A stretch of 64,000 bases of DNA from a virus (lineage: Duplodnaviria; Heunggongvirae; Uroviricota; Caudoviricetes). Below are positions 28,027-38,017 of the stretch, piece after piece. The stretch is taken from the IMG/VR virus record IMGVR_UViG_3300014204_000132; one strand, written 5' to 3'. Within the stretch, counting starts at the first letter, position 1, and the number at the start of each line of letters is the position of its first letter. The position numbers were made by a program, and so were the translations under genes. The notes beneath the pieces are model-generated. The model ran no database searches. It saw nothing but the letters and a program-made list of their open reading frames with translations, and was not told the DNA's origin.

Positions 28027-28236
28027 TTATTTTATTTTTTTCAACCTATCTATCTGTTCAGCGTATTTATAACTTAAAAGTATATCTGAGTAAAATAAAT
28101 TTCCACACCATGTACATTTAAAACTATGACCGCCATAATTAACAGGGTCATAATATGCTTTCTTCTTTTCACATTTAGGGCATTTCTGATATAATATTAC
28201 ACCAGCTCCCCAACCGCTACCTTTTGTTCTACTCAT
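28027..28236 (-). CDS. small zinc-ribbon protein
   Basis: CPKCEKKK...CTWCGN (two CxxC pairs). 69 aa. Confidence 0.4.
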   Translation of the reverse strand: MSRTKGSGWGAGVILYQKCPKCEKKKAYYDPVNYGGHSFKCTWCGNLFYSDILLSYKYAEQIDRLKKIK

Positions 28237-28366
28237 TTCTATTAAAAATATATAAAAAATATATTATAATCGATGGTAAATATAAATATTTTTTATCAAT
28301 TTATATATTGTATTAATAAAAAATTATATATTTGTGGTATAAATTTTTAAATAAATACTTAAAGCT

Positions 28367-28825
28367 ATGGGTGACAAAATTAGAATATCTTTAAACATCT
28401 TCTTGGTATTAATAGCAGTGACCATCGTATTTTTATTCTTTTTCTGGATATTTTGTTTGAATCATACCAGTGTTAATCAAATAGGGGTGGCATACAATTC
28501 TTATAACGGAGAAATAAAAGTTCAAGATAAACCGGGCTGGTATCGCACAGGTGTATTAGTTAAAGTTGCCTATGTTTCCACCTTACCTGTAAAAGTCACA
28601 ATCCCATCTGAGGCCAAAGTTATTGTATCAAAAATGGTTAAATTTAATCCAGCAGGTGTTAATGAATTTATCCAAATGCAAGGTTTCAGTTATAATATGA
28701 ATTCGAGCCTGAGTAATATAATGTTAGGGTATGCTTTTTCTGGTAACACTTATTCATTTTTGGATGTCATTCAGGATGCTAATGCTGAAACATTAGGTAC
28801 AGACCGAAATTTAATAAAGGAATAA
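28367..28825 (+). CDS. membrane protein
   Basis: N-terminal TM segment IFLVLIAVTIVFLFFFWIF. 152 aa. Confidence 0.45.
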   Translation: MGDKIRISLNIFLVLIAVTIVFLFFFWIFCLNHTSVNQIGVAYNSYNGEIKVQDKPGWYRTGVLVKVAYVSTLPVKVTIPSEAKVIVSKMVKFNPAGVNEFIQMQGFSYNMNSSLSNIMLGYAFSGNTYSFLDVIQDANAETLGTDRNLIKE

Positions 28826-28827
28826 TC

Positions 28828-29112
28828 ATGTATATTTTTAAACGTAGAATATACAACTATTTATTAGTTGGAGTTCTGTTTTTTATATTATTCAACGTTT
28901 ATTTTCCACATAGTAGTTTAACAAAAGCTTTATGGTTTTTTGGTTCATATTTGAGTCCGAGTTGTAATGGAATCGGAACAGAATTATTTGTATTCTCTTT
29001 TCTTATCGTATATTTATTGATGGTATCTGTGGGTATATATACATCTATTTATTATACAAATAAGATATTGATAATATATTTTAAAGATTTTCTTAAAATT
29101 TTTGGAAAATAA
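28828..29112 (+). CDS. small multi-pass membrane protein
   Basis: Two to three hydrophobic segments. 94 aa. Followed by a terminator. Confidence 0.4.
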   Translation: MYIFKRRIYNYLLVGVLFFILFNVYFPHSSLTKALWFFGSYLSPSCNGIGTELFVFSFLIVYLLMVSVGIYTSIYYTNKILIIYFKDFLKIFGK

Positions 29113-29178
29113 TTTTTATAGTTAACTTAGTACTCATTTTAAATAATACATTAACCCTAACCTTTTCTATATATCCAG

Positions 29179-29206
29179 AAGACCAGCATTAATGTTGGTC
29201 TTTTTT
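29179..29206 (+). terminator. rho-independent terminator
   Basis: Hairpin GACCAGCAttaaTGTTGGTC followed by TTTTTT. Confidence 0.55.
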
Positions 29207-29254
29207 GTTTAAAACTTTTTATGAATAATAATCTATAATTATAAAACAAAAATC

Positions 29255-29863
29255 ATGAATAACTTTTATGATATTTTATTAAATACTGACAATTTAAATG
29301 AAACACTGGAGAAATATAATGGTGATACTACGTTAACATATGAAATATCTACTTCAGCCAGTGTTTATGAGATTGATAAAAAAATAGACTTTTCACCGCT
29401 TAACACACAAAAAGAAATACCATTTATTCTTTATAAAAAGAATTATAAAATTGTTCACATGGATGTTGGTTCTATTGGGACTGAATCATATTGTTCTTTT
29501 TTTCAAAATGATTTTCTATATAAATCTATTGTTTATGCCTTACAACATAAATGTGAAATAATATTAGGTCACACACACCCAACATTTAAGGATTATATCT
29601 ATGGTGCTATATTTTCTAAAATTATTTATTCTGATTTTGATGATATAGAAGATTTCATTCTGGAAGATAATTATCTTTATAAATACCATATAGATAATGG
29701 AATGTATAAAAAATTCGGTGGAGATTATTGTGATTATTTTACTTTAATGAAAATATTTAAACAAATTTGTAATATTGGTGCAGTATATAATGCCACTATG
29801 GATAGTCTCGGTTTATATGAAATTCATGATGATGGTTTTGTAAGATGTCTTAGATGGGAATGA
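29255..29863 (+). CDS. hypothetical protein, possible JAB/MPN-like metalloprotease motif
   Basis: EIILGHTHPTFKD...S...D resembles the JAMM HxH...S..D arrangement. Weak evidence. Confidence 0.35.
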   Translation: MNNFYDILLNTDNLNETLEKYNGDTTLTYEISTSASVYEIDKKIDFSPLNTQKEIPFILYKKNYKIVHMDVGSIGTESYCSFFQNDFLYKSIVYALQHKCEIILGHTHPTFKDYIYGAIFSKIIYSDFDDIEDFILEDNYLYKYHIDNGMYKKFGGDYCDYFTLMKIFKQICNIGAVYNATMDSLGLYEIHDDGFVRCLRWE

Positions 29864-29865
29864 TA

Positions 29866-30573
29866 TTATTCATCATCTTTTAATATTTCTTCAATCTTTA
29901 ACAACCGTTCGTTTCCGAATAATTGAAATTTACAATATACGTCTTTGGGGTCATTGTTTATTGGTGATGAGTCCAAACTGTTTATACTAAATGTACCATA
30001 TTTTAAGGTTAAATCTGGATTTAGATAAGCGTAACCATTATCATAACTGGAATTAGAATTTATATTAGTGAATGTAATATAATACAATTCTTTATTTTGA
30101 TAACCAGTTGAATAATCCTTTTCAACTTTCACTTGTTTATTTGTTATTTTACAAGAAGTAAAATAATTTGAGCCTATATCATCCCCTTTTATCTCATACC
30201 TTTTAGGGTTTGAAATAAATTTAACATGAGTATAATTATTCAATGGTTTCAACGATAATGTTATAGGTTGAATAGGTAATTGTTTAGCCATGATTTCTGA
30301 TGTTATCATAGCTAACCTATCTGATGATTCGATTAATAAATCAAAATTATCAATATTTTGAGTTTTTAAGAATTCTTCAACTTTATTCAAATATTCTTTA
30401 TTAATAGTAATTCGGTTTGAAAACCCACCACCAGTATTAATAGAGGTGTGTAATTGTTTAGATTTTATCACAGGAAAATACGACAACTCTTTTTCGACTT
30501 GTAAGACTATTACCATTCCACCTGAACCAGAAGTTTGGTAACTTATAATATATTCGAATATTTTTCCTTGCAT
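29866..30573 (-). CDS. hypothetical protein
   Basis: 235-aa ORF. Confidence 0.45.
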   Translation of the reverse strand: MQGKIFEYIISYQTSGSGGMVIVLQVEKELSYFPVIKSKQLHTSINTGGGFSNRITINKEYLNKVEEFLKTQNIDNFDLLIESSDRLAMITSEIMAKQLPIQPITLSLKPLNNYTHVKFISNPKRYEIKGDDIGSNYFTSCKITNKQVKVEKDYSTGYQNKELYYITFTNINSNSSYDNGYAYLNPDLTLKYGTFSINSLDSSPINNDPKDVYCKFQLFGNERLLKIEEILKDDE

Positions 30574-30683
30574 AAATTAATATTTAAGATGCTAAGTAAA
30601 TACAATTTATTTTAATAAAAAAATTAATATATACTTCTAATATTATAAAGGTTAATTTGTATTTTCATATTTGTTTATTTTTT

Positions 30684-30708
30684 GACCGCCTTTTTGGCGG
30701 TCTTTTTT
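30684..30708 (+). terminator. orphan GC-rich hairpin terminator in divergent intergenic region
   Basis: GACCGCCtttttGGCGGTC followed by TTTTTT. Confidence 0.45.
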
Positions 30709-30773
30709 ATTTACAAAAATATTTTACAAAAATATTACAGTTTTATTCTTGGTGAATATATTTATTTATACAT

Positions 30774-30989
30774 TTGGTGGTAACTAAACATTGTATAAAA
30801 CATATCAAAATGAAAATTCGTGAAATCATGTCATGGGCGATGGTGATTATAATCACCTACCTGTTTTTATCATTATGTAATTGGAATTTAAGTGTATCAG
30901 AGTGGAATGGATTTTCAAGATTTATTCTTGGAATAGAAGGTGTTGTGTTTTTACTCTGGTTATTGAATGATAAATTACATATTTTCTAA
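30774..30989 (+). CDS. small membrane protein
   Basis: Two hydrophobic segments. The real start may be the internal Met at 30810. Confidence 0.35.
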   Translation: MVVTKHCIKHIKMKIREIMSWAMVIIITYLFLSLCNWNLSVSEWNGFSRFILGIEGVVFLLWLLNDKLHIF

Positions 30990-31058
30990 TTGAAAATTCC
31001 AATAATTATATTATTGATTTTTATTATTAACTTTTCATATTAACTAAATTTTAAAGCT

Positions 31059-32960
31059 ATGAATTTTTTTATGAATTATTTATCCTACTTTGTAGTGGGG
31101 TTTGTTGTTCTGTTAATGGGTTTAGCCTATAAACCATTAATGAGATTGTTCGGTATAGTTGTTATACCAGATGATAAGATTGGTCTTGTCAATAAAGTAT
31201 TCCGTTTATGGGGTGGCGCACTTCAAATCGAGAACGGTATTGTTGCAATTAAAGGTGAAGCAGGTATGCAAGCACCTTACTTATCTTCAGGTGTCCATTT
31301 TTGGTTGTGGCCTTGGAAATATAAAATTTCTGAGATTGGTTTTTTTAAAGTAGACCAACATCAGGTGGGTTTGATTGAAGCCATCGATGGTAAACCACTT
31401 CCAGAAGGTTCTATTTTAGCAACCTATGTTGAATGTGAAAATTTCCAAGATGCAACAGCATTCTTAGAAGGTGGTGGGTTTAAAGGAAAACAAACTAAAA
31501 TTTTACCAGCAGGTACTTATAAAATTAATACATTCCTTTTTATCGCTAAAGCTGTTGATGCAGAGATTATTGAACAAAATAAAATTGGTGTTGTAACAAC
31601 TCTTGCTGGTAAACCACTTCCAGCATCTGAAATTGCAAGTAGTGAAATGACTTTTAGTCATGAGTCATTTCAAAATGCTGATATATTTTTGAAAAATGGT
31701 GGGTTTAAAGGTTTACAATCACAGGTTATTCAATCTGGTATGTATTATCTGAATCCTTGGTTTGTAAGAGTCCAAAAATTTGATATGACAGTTATTCCTA
31801 TTGGACACGTTGGTGTTGTTATATCATATGTTGGAGAAGAAGGAAAAGACCTAACTGGTGATGGTTTTAAACATGGTAATATTGTAACAAGGGGACAAAA
31901 AGGTGTGTGGAATGAACCACTCGACCCGGGAAAGTACCCAATCAATCCTCTTACAACAAAGGTTGAAATAGTACCAACAACAAACTTAGTATTAAATTGG
32001 GCTACTGGCAAGAATGAAAGTCATGAACTTGATAAAAACCTTTCAACTATTACAGTTCGTTCAAAAGATGGTTTTACATTTAATCTGGATATAAGTCAGA
32101 TTATCCATGTACCATCAAAAGAGGCTTCAAAAGTTATTGCCCGATTTGGAAATATGTTGAATCTTATTTCTCAGGTTCTTGAACCAACTATCGGTAATTA
32201 TTTCCGTAACTCAGCACAAGATAGCGATGTAATTCAATTCCTTGGTGAACGTAGAGAACGTCAAACTGAAGCCAAAGGACATATTTCAAAAGTGTTGAAT
32301 GAATATAATGTTACTGCTGTTGATACACTTATTGGTGACATCGTTCCACCAAAAGAACTTATGGCAACATTGACTGATAGAAAAATTGCACAAGAACAGA
32401 AAACAACTTTCATTACTCAGAAAGATGCACAGGCCACTCGTCAGGAATTTGAAAAAGCTAAAGCCGTTGCCGATATGCAAGAAAGATTAGTCGAAGCCGA
32501 CCAAAATGTTGTAATATCTCAAAACGTGGCTTCTCAGAAAGTAAAAGAAGCTGAAGGTACAAAACAGTCTAAAATATTACAGGCCGAAGGTGAAGCACAA
32601 GCTATCGAAAGAACTGCTACTGCAACAGCTAAAAAAATTACCCAAGAAGGTAACGCAAAAGCTGAAGTAACATTATCTATCGGTAAAGCGACTGCTGAAG
32701 CTTATCAATTAACAGTTGATGCTATGGGGGCTGATAACTTTGCTAAATTGAAAGTTATTGAAGCCATATCTTCTGGAAATATTAAGATTACACCTGATGT
32801 TATTGTTGGTGGTGGTCAAAATGGTGGTGGTAGTGCTATTGATGCACTTCTTGGTTTAGAAGTTGCTAAATATGTAGGTAAGAGTATAACTGTTGATACA
32901 CCTAAAACTGATGTAACTAAAGCTGATGATGCCAAACCTTCAAAAAAGGAATCTAAATAG
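31059..32960 (+). CDS. SPFH/Band-7 (flotillin-like) membrane protein
   Basis: N-terminal TM. Central SPFH-like region and a long A/Q/E-rich coiled-coil (QAEGEAQAIERTATATAKK) as in flotillin/HflK. 633 aa. Confidence 0.6.
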   Translation: MNFFMNYLSYFVVGFVVLLMGLAYKPLMRLFGIVVIPDDKIGLVNKVFRLWGGALQIENGIVAIKGEAGMQAPYLSSGVHFWLWPWKYKISEIGFFKVDQHQVGLIEAIDGKPLPEGSILATYVECENFQDATAFLEGGGFKGKQTKILPAGTYKINTFLFIAKAVDAEIIEQNKIGVVTTLAGKPLPASEIASSEMTFSHESFQNADIFLKNGGFKGLQSQVIQSGMYYLNPWFVRVQKFDMTVIPIGHVGVVISYVGEEGKDLTGDGFKHGNIVTRGQKGVWNEPLDPGKYPINPLTTKVEIVPTTNLVLNWATGKNESHELDKNLSTITVRSKDGFTFNLDISQIIHVPSKEASKVIARFGNMLNLISQVLEPTIGNYFRNSAQDSDVIQFLGERRERQTEAKGHISKVLNEYNVTAVDTLIGDIVPPKELMATLTDRKIAQEQKTTFITQKDAQATRQEFEKAKAVADMQERLVEADQNVVISQNVASQKVKEAEGTKQSKILQAEGEAQAIERTATATAKKITQEGNAKAEVTLSIGKATAEAYQLTVDAMGADNFAKLKVIEAISSGNIKITPDVIVGGGQNGGGSAIDALLGLEVAKYVGKSITVDTPKTDVTKADDAKPSKKESK

Positions 32961-32984
32961 TTTTAGTTTAATATGTAAATGTAG

Positions 32985-33017
32985 AAAGCTGTCAGATATA
33001 TTCTGACAGCTTTTTAT
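32985..33017 (+). terminator. rho-independent terminator
   Basis: AAAGCTGTCAGAtatatTCTGACAGCTTT hairpin followed by a T-rich tract. Confidence 0.6.
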
Positions 33018-33073
33018 TTAAATAAATTTCTTATATTTGTCATATTAAATCTGTAACTTAAAATTTTATTACG

Positions 33074-33529
33074 ATGAAAACCTTTCTGATTGTATTTAGT
33101 GTTATTTGTATTTCTTTATTGGTGTGGTTTCATTTTAAACCAGCACCCCATCATGAAACACCTGATTATATCGAAACAGTTTCAACAATCAAAGGAAATT
33201 GGCATCTTTTAAAATTATTGGCAGTCTCGCCTACTGAAACAAGTTCATATATACCAAAAAATATAGATGAAATACAAAAGATTATCACAGACACTACATT
33301 TGAGAATATATCTAATGCAAACGGTAATATAATAACATTTAGTGGGAAATATAAATTTGAATGTGATACTATTTATGTTGAATATATTAGTAGTCATCCT
33401 ATTTCCGAAGCCATTGGTGATTCAATGGTATATACTGTTCATCTATGGGGAACTACTATGATTCTTTATTCAACAAGAATTAGTGATGGTGTAGAGTTGA
33501 AAATTACAGCTTTATATTCAAAAAATTAA
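33074..33529 (+). CDS. hypothetical membrane/secreted protein
   Basis: N-terminal hydrophobic segment FLIVFSVICISLLVWF. 151 aa. Confidence 0.45.
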   Translation: MKTFLIVFSVICISLLVWFHFKPAPHHETPDYIETVSTIKGNWHLLKLLAVSPTETSSYIPKNIDEIQKIITDTTFENISNANGNIITFSGKYKFECDTIYVEYISSHPISEAIGDSMVYTVHLWGTTMILYSTRISDGVELKITALYSKN

Positions 33530-33535
33530 AATGAT

Positions 33536-33778
33536 TTACACCAGTTCTTCTAATATTTTTATTAATTCTTCCAATATAAATTGTGATTTATATGGCATTT
33601 TAGATTCAACTTTATCAGCTTCAGTGTTTATTTTAGCAATTACATCTTTAGATATTTGTCGTGCAACATAAGCTAATTCTGGATATCTGTCAGCACCTGA
33701 TATAGGTTTACCTTTAGAATCAAGTCCATTATCACGTTCTTCTTCTGTATAATTTTCAAACTTCATAATATCTTCCAT
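33536..33778 (-). CDS. hypothetical small protein
   Basis: 80-aa ORF. Confidence 0.4.
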   Translation of the reverse strand: MEDIMKFENYTEEERDNGLDSKGKPISGADRYPELAYVARQISKDVIAKINTEADKVESKMPYKSQFILEELIKILEELV

Positions 33779-33813
33779 ATTAAATGTGTTATTTTTAGGT
33801 TATATATTAAAAA

Positions 33814-34326
33814 TTATATTTTATTTTCTATAACACAATATATATCATTATTTGTTTTATTATTGATTATTATTAATTCTTCTATTTCAAACCCATTTGT
33901 TTTCCCTATACCACCACTATTAAATCCGATTGATATAACATGACCATTAGTTTTAATAATTCTTGTTATTTCTTTTTTCAGAAAAGTCCAATACTGTGTT
34001 CGTGTATGGTGTAATTTACGTTTTATGTTTAAATCGTCAAAATATTTCATCATTTGTGTTGCACTATACGGTGGGTCATATATTATTATATCAACACTTT
34101 TATCTTTCAATTCTTTCAAAAAATCTAATGCATCTAAGTGATAATCAACATTATATACACTGTTTATGTCATTGTTTATACTTGCCAATTTATTATCTCC
34201 TGAAAATGGATTCACTGATATTATATTTTCTGTTTTTTTTAGAAAAAATGAAATTTTTTCTAAAATTTCAGGATGATTGGTATAATCATCATATCTATTA
34301 TCGTCTTTATATCTTGTTATTTTCAT
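33814..34326 (-). CDS. small DPPY-motif methyltransferase (phage Dam-like / RsmD-like)
   Basis: ISVNPFSGDNK...DALDFL...VDIIIYDPPYS. 170 aa. Confidence 0.5.
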   Translation of the reverse strand: MKITRYKDDNRYDDYTNHPEILEKISFFLKKTENIISVNPFSGDNKLASINNDINSVYNVDYHLDALDFLKELKDKSVDIIIYDPPYSATQMMKYFDDLNIKRKLHHTRTQYWTFLKKEITRIIKTNGHVISIGFNSGGIGKTNGFEIEELIIINNKTNNDIYCVIENKI

Positions 34327-34833
34327 TTAAAATAATTTATTTTCAACTACACAAACTGTATCATAATGAATTCCACCATGCGGTACTATTAATATTTCTT
34401 CTATTTCTAAATTGTTAAATATATTAACACCCGATGAATTCCAACTAAAAGTTATAATTTTTCCATTTATTTTTAATTTTTTTTGATACAAATCAAACAA
34501 TTTTAACCAATATGCCTCATTATTATTAAGATGATTAGAATCGTTGAATATTTTATAACATTGATTTAATTGATAAAAGTTATAGGGTGGGTCGTTTAAA
34601 ATGAAATCTATGGAATTGTTTTCAAATAAATTTAAAAAATCTAACGCATCTAAATTATAATCCGTGTTATATGTTGTATCTAAATCATTTGTTATTTTAG
34701 CAATTTTACTATTATTAGCAAATGGGTCAATACTTAAAAAATCGGAGCTGTTATATTTTTCGATTAAATTTTTAATAGGTTTTATAGAAAAAGTATTTTT
34801 ATTTGGCATAGACCATAATCTATTGATAATCAT
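34327..34833 (-). CDS. small DPPY-motif methyltransferase, paralogue of 33814..34326
   Basis: SIDPFANNSK...DALDFL...IDFILNDPPYN. 168 aa. Abuts its paralogue. Confidence 0.5.
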   Translation of the reverse strand: MIINRLWSMPNKNTFSIKPIKNLIEKYNSSDFLSIDPFANNSKIAKITNDLDTTYNTDYNLDALDFLNLFENNSIDFILNDPPYNFYQLNQCYKIFNDSNHLNNNEAYWLKLFDLYQKKLKINGKIITFSWNSSGVNIFNNLEIEEILIVPHGGIHYDTVCVVENKLF

Positions 34834-35013
34834 AAATTTACATTCACATTTTTTTAATAATAAAAGTATATATTATAAATTTGTGGTTATATTTAGTTGA
34901 ATTTATTTTTTTTTAATTTTTTTTTATTATTTTTGCATGTGATTATTTTATTAAATAAATATATAATTTCTATAATCAACTGAATATTAATAACTTAACT
35001 TAAATTAAATATT

Positions 35014-37446
35014 ATGAAAAAAATCGATTATGAAAAAGTGTTTTATGATTTATTAAACATCGTTAAATCAAATAATGTTGAAGATTATTTGAGTGTTAAC
35101 GGTCTTTTAAATAGGGACTTGTGGAAAAATATTAATGGTGTCGTTAGCACCGATGGAATAATTCAGAATAGTAATGCTGATTGTGTACCTGCGTTAACAG
35201 AAAAATTAACAAATTCAGTTGATGCCCTTATTGAAAGGGAAATAGAATTACATAATAATTCTGTTTATCCAAAAAAATATAAAGATGTAATAAATAATAA
35301 TTGCAAACATCTGAAAGTAGAAAACTCTTTTAATAAACAACCCCATTTATTTAACAGCGACCCAAATATTTATATAGTTTCGAGATTGGGTACAACTATT
35401 CCAACTTTGAATATTATCGATAGGGGTATAGGGCAAGATATAACAACCTTTGAATCGACTTTTTTAACAATGACCAATTCTAATAAAATTACAAAATTTT
35501 GTTTGAATGGAGCATATAATACTGGGTCATTTAGTATCGTCAGACATTTAAAAGAACCTAATTATCAATTAATTATAAGTAAAAAACCAGCATCTTTAAT
35601 AAAAGATAATAAAAATAAAGATGTTTGGACATATTCACTGTTACGTATTTTTGAACCAAAAAAAGGAACAAAATTAAAAGAATTTAAATTTCTTTGTCCG
35701 AATGGTGAATTACCACACTTTGAATCCAAAGCAGGTATAAGGGTAATACCTATAAATGATGATAAAAAGAATAGAGGTTATCTTGAACATGGAACACTTA
35801 TTCAATTATATGAATGTGACACTAAGGGGTTCAATTCGTTGATAACATCCGAATTGAAATATCGTTTAGGTTGGTATTATCCAAATATACCCTTTCCAGT
35901 GTCTATGATAGAAGAACGGGAGTATGAATCTAAAGGTTCTGAAAAAGCAAAATTGAATGGTATTGTTTTCGAGTTCGAACATAACATTAAAGAGGGTAAA
36001 GAAGCCATATTATATCATGTTGATAAAATTGCAACAGTAGGTAAATATAAAATACCTTATACTATATATATTGAGAACCCGACAACCACAGCGAGGGGTG
36101 AAGGTGAAAAAAGAACGAAAAAAAACACAGACCGAAAAAAACGTGGTGACATGTGTTATTTTTTCACTGTTAATGGACAAACCCAAGCTACAAAATCCAA
36201 CTGGAGAATAAAACATATATATAGTTATATTCTGAAAAACATTGTTATGTTTATTGATTATTCCAGTATTGAACCACACGAACTCGGTAAACATATTAAA
36301 ACCGACCGTTCTGGATTGAATACTAATTCAGTTATTAATGAAGAAATTTTTAAAATCATCGAAGATGAGTTACGTGATAACCCTCATATAAATGCGATTG
36401 AAGAAGAAATTAGAAGATTTAGATTAAATTCTTCTAATGATTATAACCAAGATGAAGCTAAAAAAGTAGCTTTAAAATGTGTTCACAAACTCTTTAATTT
36501 AAAAGAAACACCTATCGCCACCGATTCTAACGGTGTTCTTACACCATATTATACTGGTAAAGAGAATGGTTTACCTAAAGATAAAAACGGTAAATATTTT
36601 AATGGTAAACATAAAGGTGTACCACGTACAACTAATTATCCCACTATTGATGATTTCATATTGAAGTATTCGAAATATGATTTTGATAATCCTAAAGTTG
36701 GATATAAAGATGAAAATTCAAGAAATCTTCTATATTCAGATAAATCAGTAGAAATAGAAGTTTATGTGGACGGAGCTGCCATAGAAACGTCTACTAATTC
36801 AGAATTCCCGGGTAATTCTATTATCTATATCAATTATTCGAGTGATAATGGATTTAGAGTTAATAAAAATTCTGAAGTGACTATCAAGTTCTATATTGAT
36901 AATGGAGGTAATATTATAGAGAAAGAAGTTACTTATAATATTATAATGTTCGAAAAAAGAGAAGAAACTGATAAACCACAAGTCACGAATAATAGATTTG
37001 CAAAGGTGAATGATAAGATTAATGTCATATTTCAGAAATATGAAGAATTAGCAGACAGTGTACTTACTAATTCCTTTAAATTGCAAAAAGATATCGTGGC
37101 TATTCCAGTGTTGGGTGGTGAAAATAATATTGACATTTATTTTAATATGAACAACCCAAACTTTGTTCGTGTTTTAGATAGTGGTGCTATTGTTAGTGAT
37201 GATGAGCAAGGACGGATAAAAAGTATAATTGATGTTGCTTTACGTGTTGAAACATTAAAATTGTATGATGTTTACCATAGATTAAGCGATGATACCGAAT
37301 CTAAAACCGATACTTCTGATTATAATAGTGGTATTATTTCACTGGCTAGTATCATGAAAGAAACTACATTAGAAAAACTAATGTTCAACCATTTTTACAC
37401 CTTACAGGATGGGTTGGTTAAATTATACAATGATGAAATAAAATAG
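35014..37446 (+). CDS. large protein with N-terminal GHKL (Bergerat-fold) ATPase-like motifs
   Basis: EKLTNSVDAL (N-box E..N..DA), NIIDRGIGQD (G1 DxGxG) and a Gly-rich NGAYNTGSFS (G2-like). 810 aa. Confidence 0.45.
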   Translation: MKKIDYEKVFYDLLNIVKSNNVEDYLSVNGLLNRDLWKNINGVVSTDGIIQNSNADCVPALTEKLTNSVDALIEREIELHNNSVYPKKYKDVINNNCKHLKVENSFNKQPHLFNSDPNIYIVSRLGTTIPTLNIIDRGIGQDITTFESTFLTMTNSNKITKFCLNGAYNTGSFSIVRHLKEPNYQLIISKKPASLIKDNKNKDVWTYSLLRIFEPKKGTKLKEFKFLCPNGELPHFESKAGIRVIPINDDKKNRGYLEHGTLIQLYECDTKGFNSLITSELKYRLGWYYPNIPFPVSMIEEREYESKGSEKAKLNGIVFEFEHNIKEGKEAILYHVDKIATVGKYKIPYTIYIENPTTTARGEGEKRTKKNTDRKKRGDMCYFFTVNGQTQATKSNWRIKHIYSYILKNIVMFIDYSSIEPHELGKHIKTDRSGLNTNSVINEEIFKIIEDELRDNPHINAIEEEIRRFRLNSSNDYNQDEAKKVALKCVHKLFNLKETPIATDSNGVLTPYYTGKENGLPKDKNGKYFNGKHKGVPRTTNYPTIDDFILKYSKYDFDNPKVGYKDENSRNLLYSDKSVEIEVYVDGAAIETSTNSEFPGNSIIYINYSSDNGFRVNKNSEVTIKFYIDNGGNIIEKEVTYNIIMFEKREETDKPQVTNNRFAKVNDKINVIFQKYEELADSVLTNSFKLQKDIVAIPVLGGENNIDIYFNMNNPNFVRVLDSGAIVSDDEQGRIKSIIDVALRVETLKLYDVYHRLSDDTESKTDTSDYNSGIISLASIMKETTLEKLMFNHFYTLQDGLVKLYNDEIK

Positions 37447-37473
37447 TAATGTCGCTCATTATATGATTATAAA

Positions 37474-37506
37474 TAGCACCACTAAAAAATGGTGCTATTT
37501 TATTTT
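37474..37506. terminator. bidirectional hairpin terminator
   Basis: TAGCACCActaaaaaaTGGTGCTA followed by TTTTATTTT. The stop codon of convergent gene 37495..37725 lies in the 3' arm. Confidence 0.55.
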
Positions 37507-37725
37507 GTCCTTCTTTAAATCATTTATTACTTTATAGATTTTGTTTATTTCTAAACATCTTTCTGGAAAGGCTAAATCTTTTATTTCATTATGTATTACA
37601 CGTATATAATTACTTATATCTTTATCTATTAAATTATTTAAATTAATAGGTTTTCTACCCCTTTTATAAGTGTGTTTATCGAATATCGCTTTAATATCTT
37701 TTGATATTTTATCGATATCTAACAC
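37495..37725 (-). CDS. hypothetical small protein
   Basis: 76-aa ORF. Confidence 0.35.
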   Translation of the reverse strand: MLDIDKISKDIKAIFDKHTYKRGRKPINLNNLIDKDISNYIRVIHNEIKDLAFPERCLEINKIYKVINDLKKDKIK

Positions 37726-37738
37726 TGTTATATTTTTT

Positions 37739-38017
37739 TTAAATATTATATATTAGTAAATATATAGTTCCAAACATAATTATAACACCGAAAATTACTA
37801 TTAAATCATTTTTTATTTTCTGCCAAAATGTTCTTTTTGCATATTCTACACACTGACCTTTATATTTAAAATGTATCCGTATCCAATAGGTTGATTCTAT
37901 GGCTTCCTTAAAATTTAATTTTAGACAAGAAATGAAAAATATTCCTATCATCCAGAATAAAAAATATAACCAATCTAAAATTTTATAAACCATTTTATGA
38001 AAATTTTTCTCCAGCAA
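37739..38017 (-). CDS. small membrane protein
   Basis: Two TM segments. 92 aa. Confidence 0.35.
   Translation of the reverse strand: MLEKNFHKMVYKILDWLYFLFWMIGIFFISCLKLNFKEAIESTYWIRIHFKYKGQCVEYAKRTFWQKIKNDLIVIFGVIIMFGTIYLLIYNI

Noticed and set aside
31159-36981. Short ORFs 31159..31353, 31745..32011, 32286..32480, 33963..34418, 34664..34900, 36010..36294 and 36799..36981
   Set aside because: All lie inside the longer SPFH, methyltransferase or GHKL-like genes on the opposite strand or in another frame.
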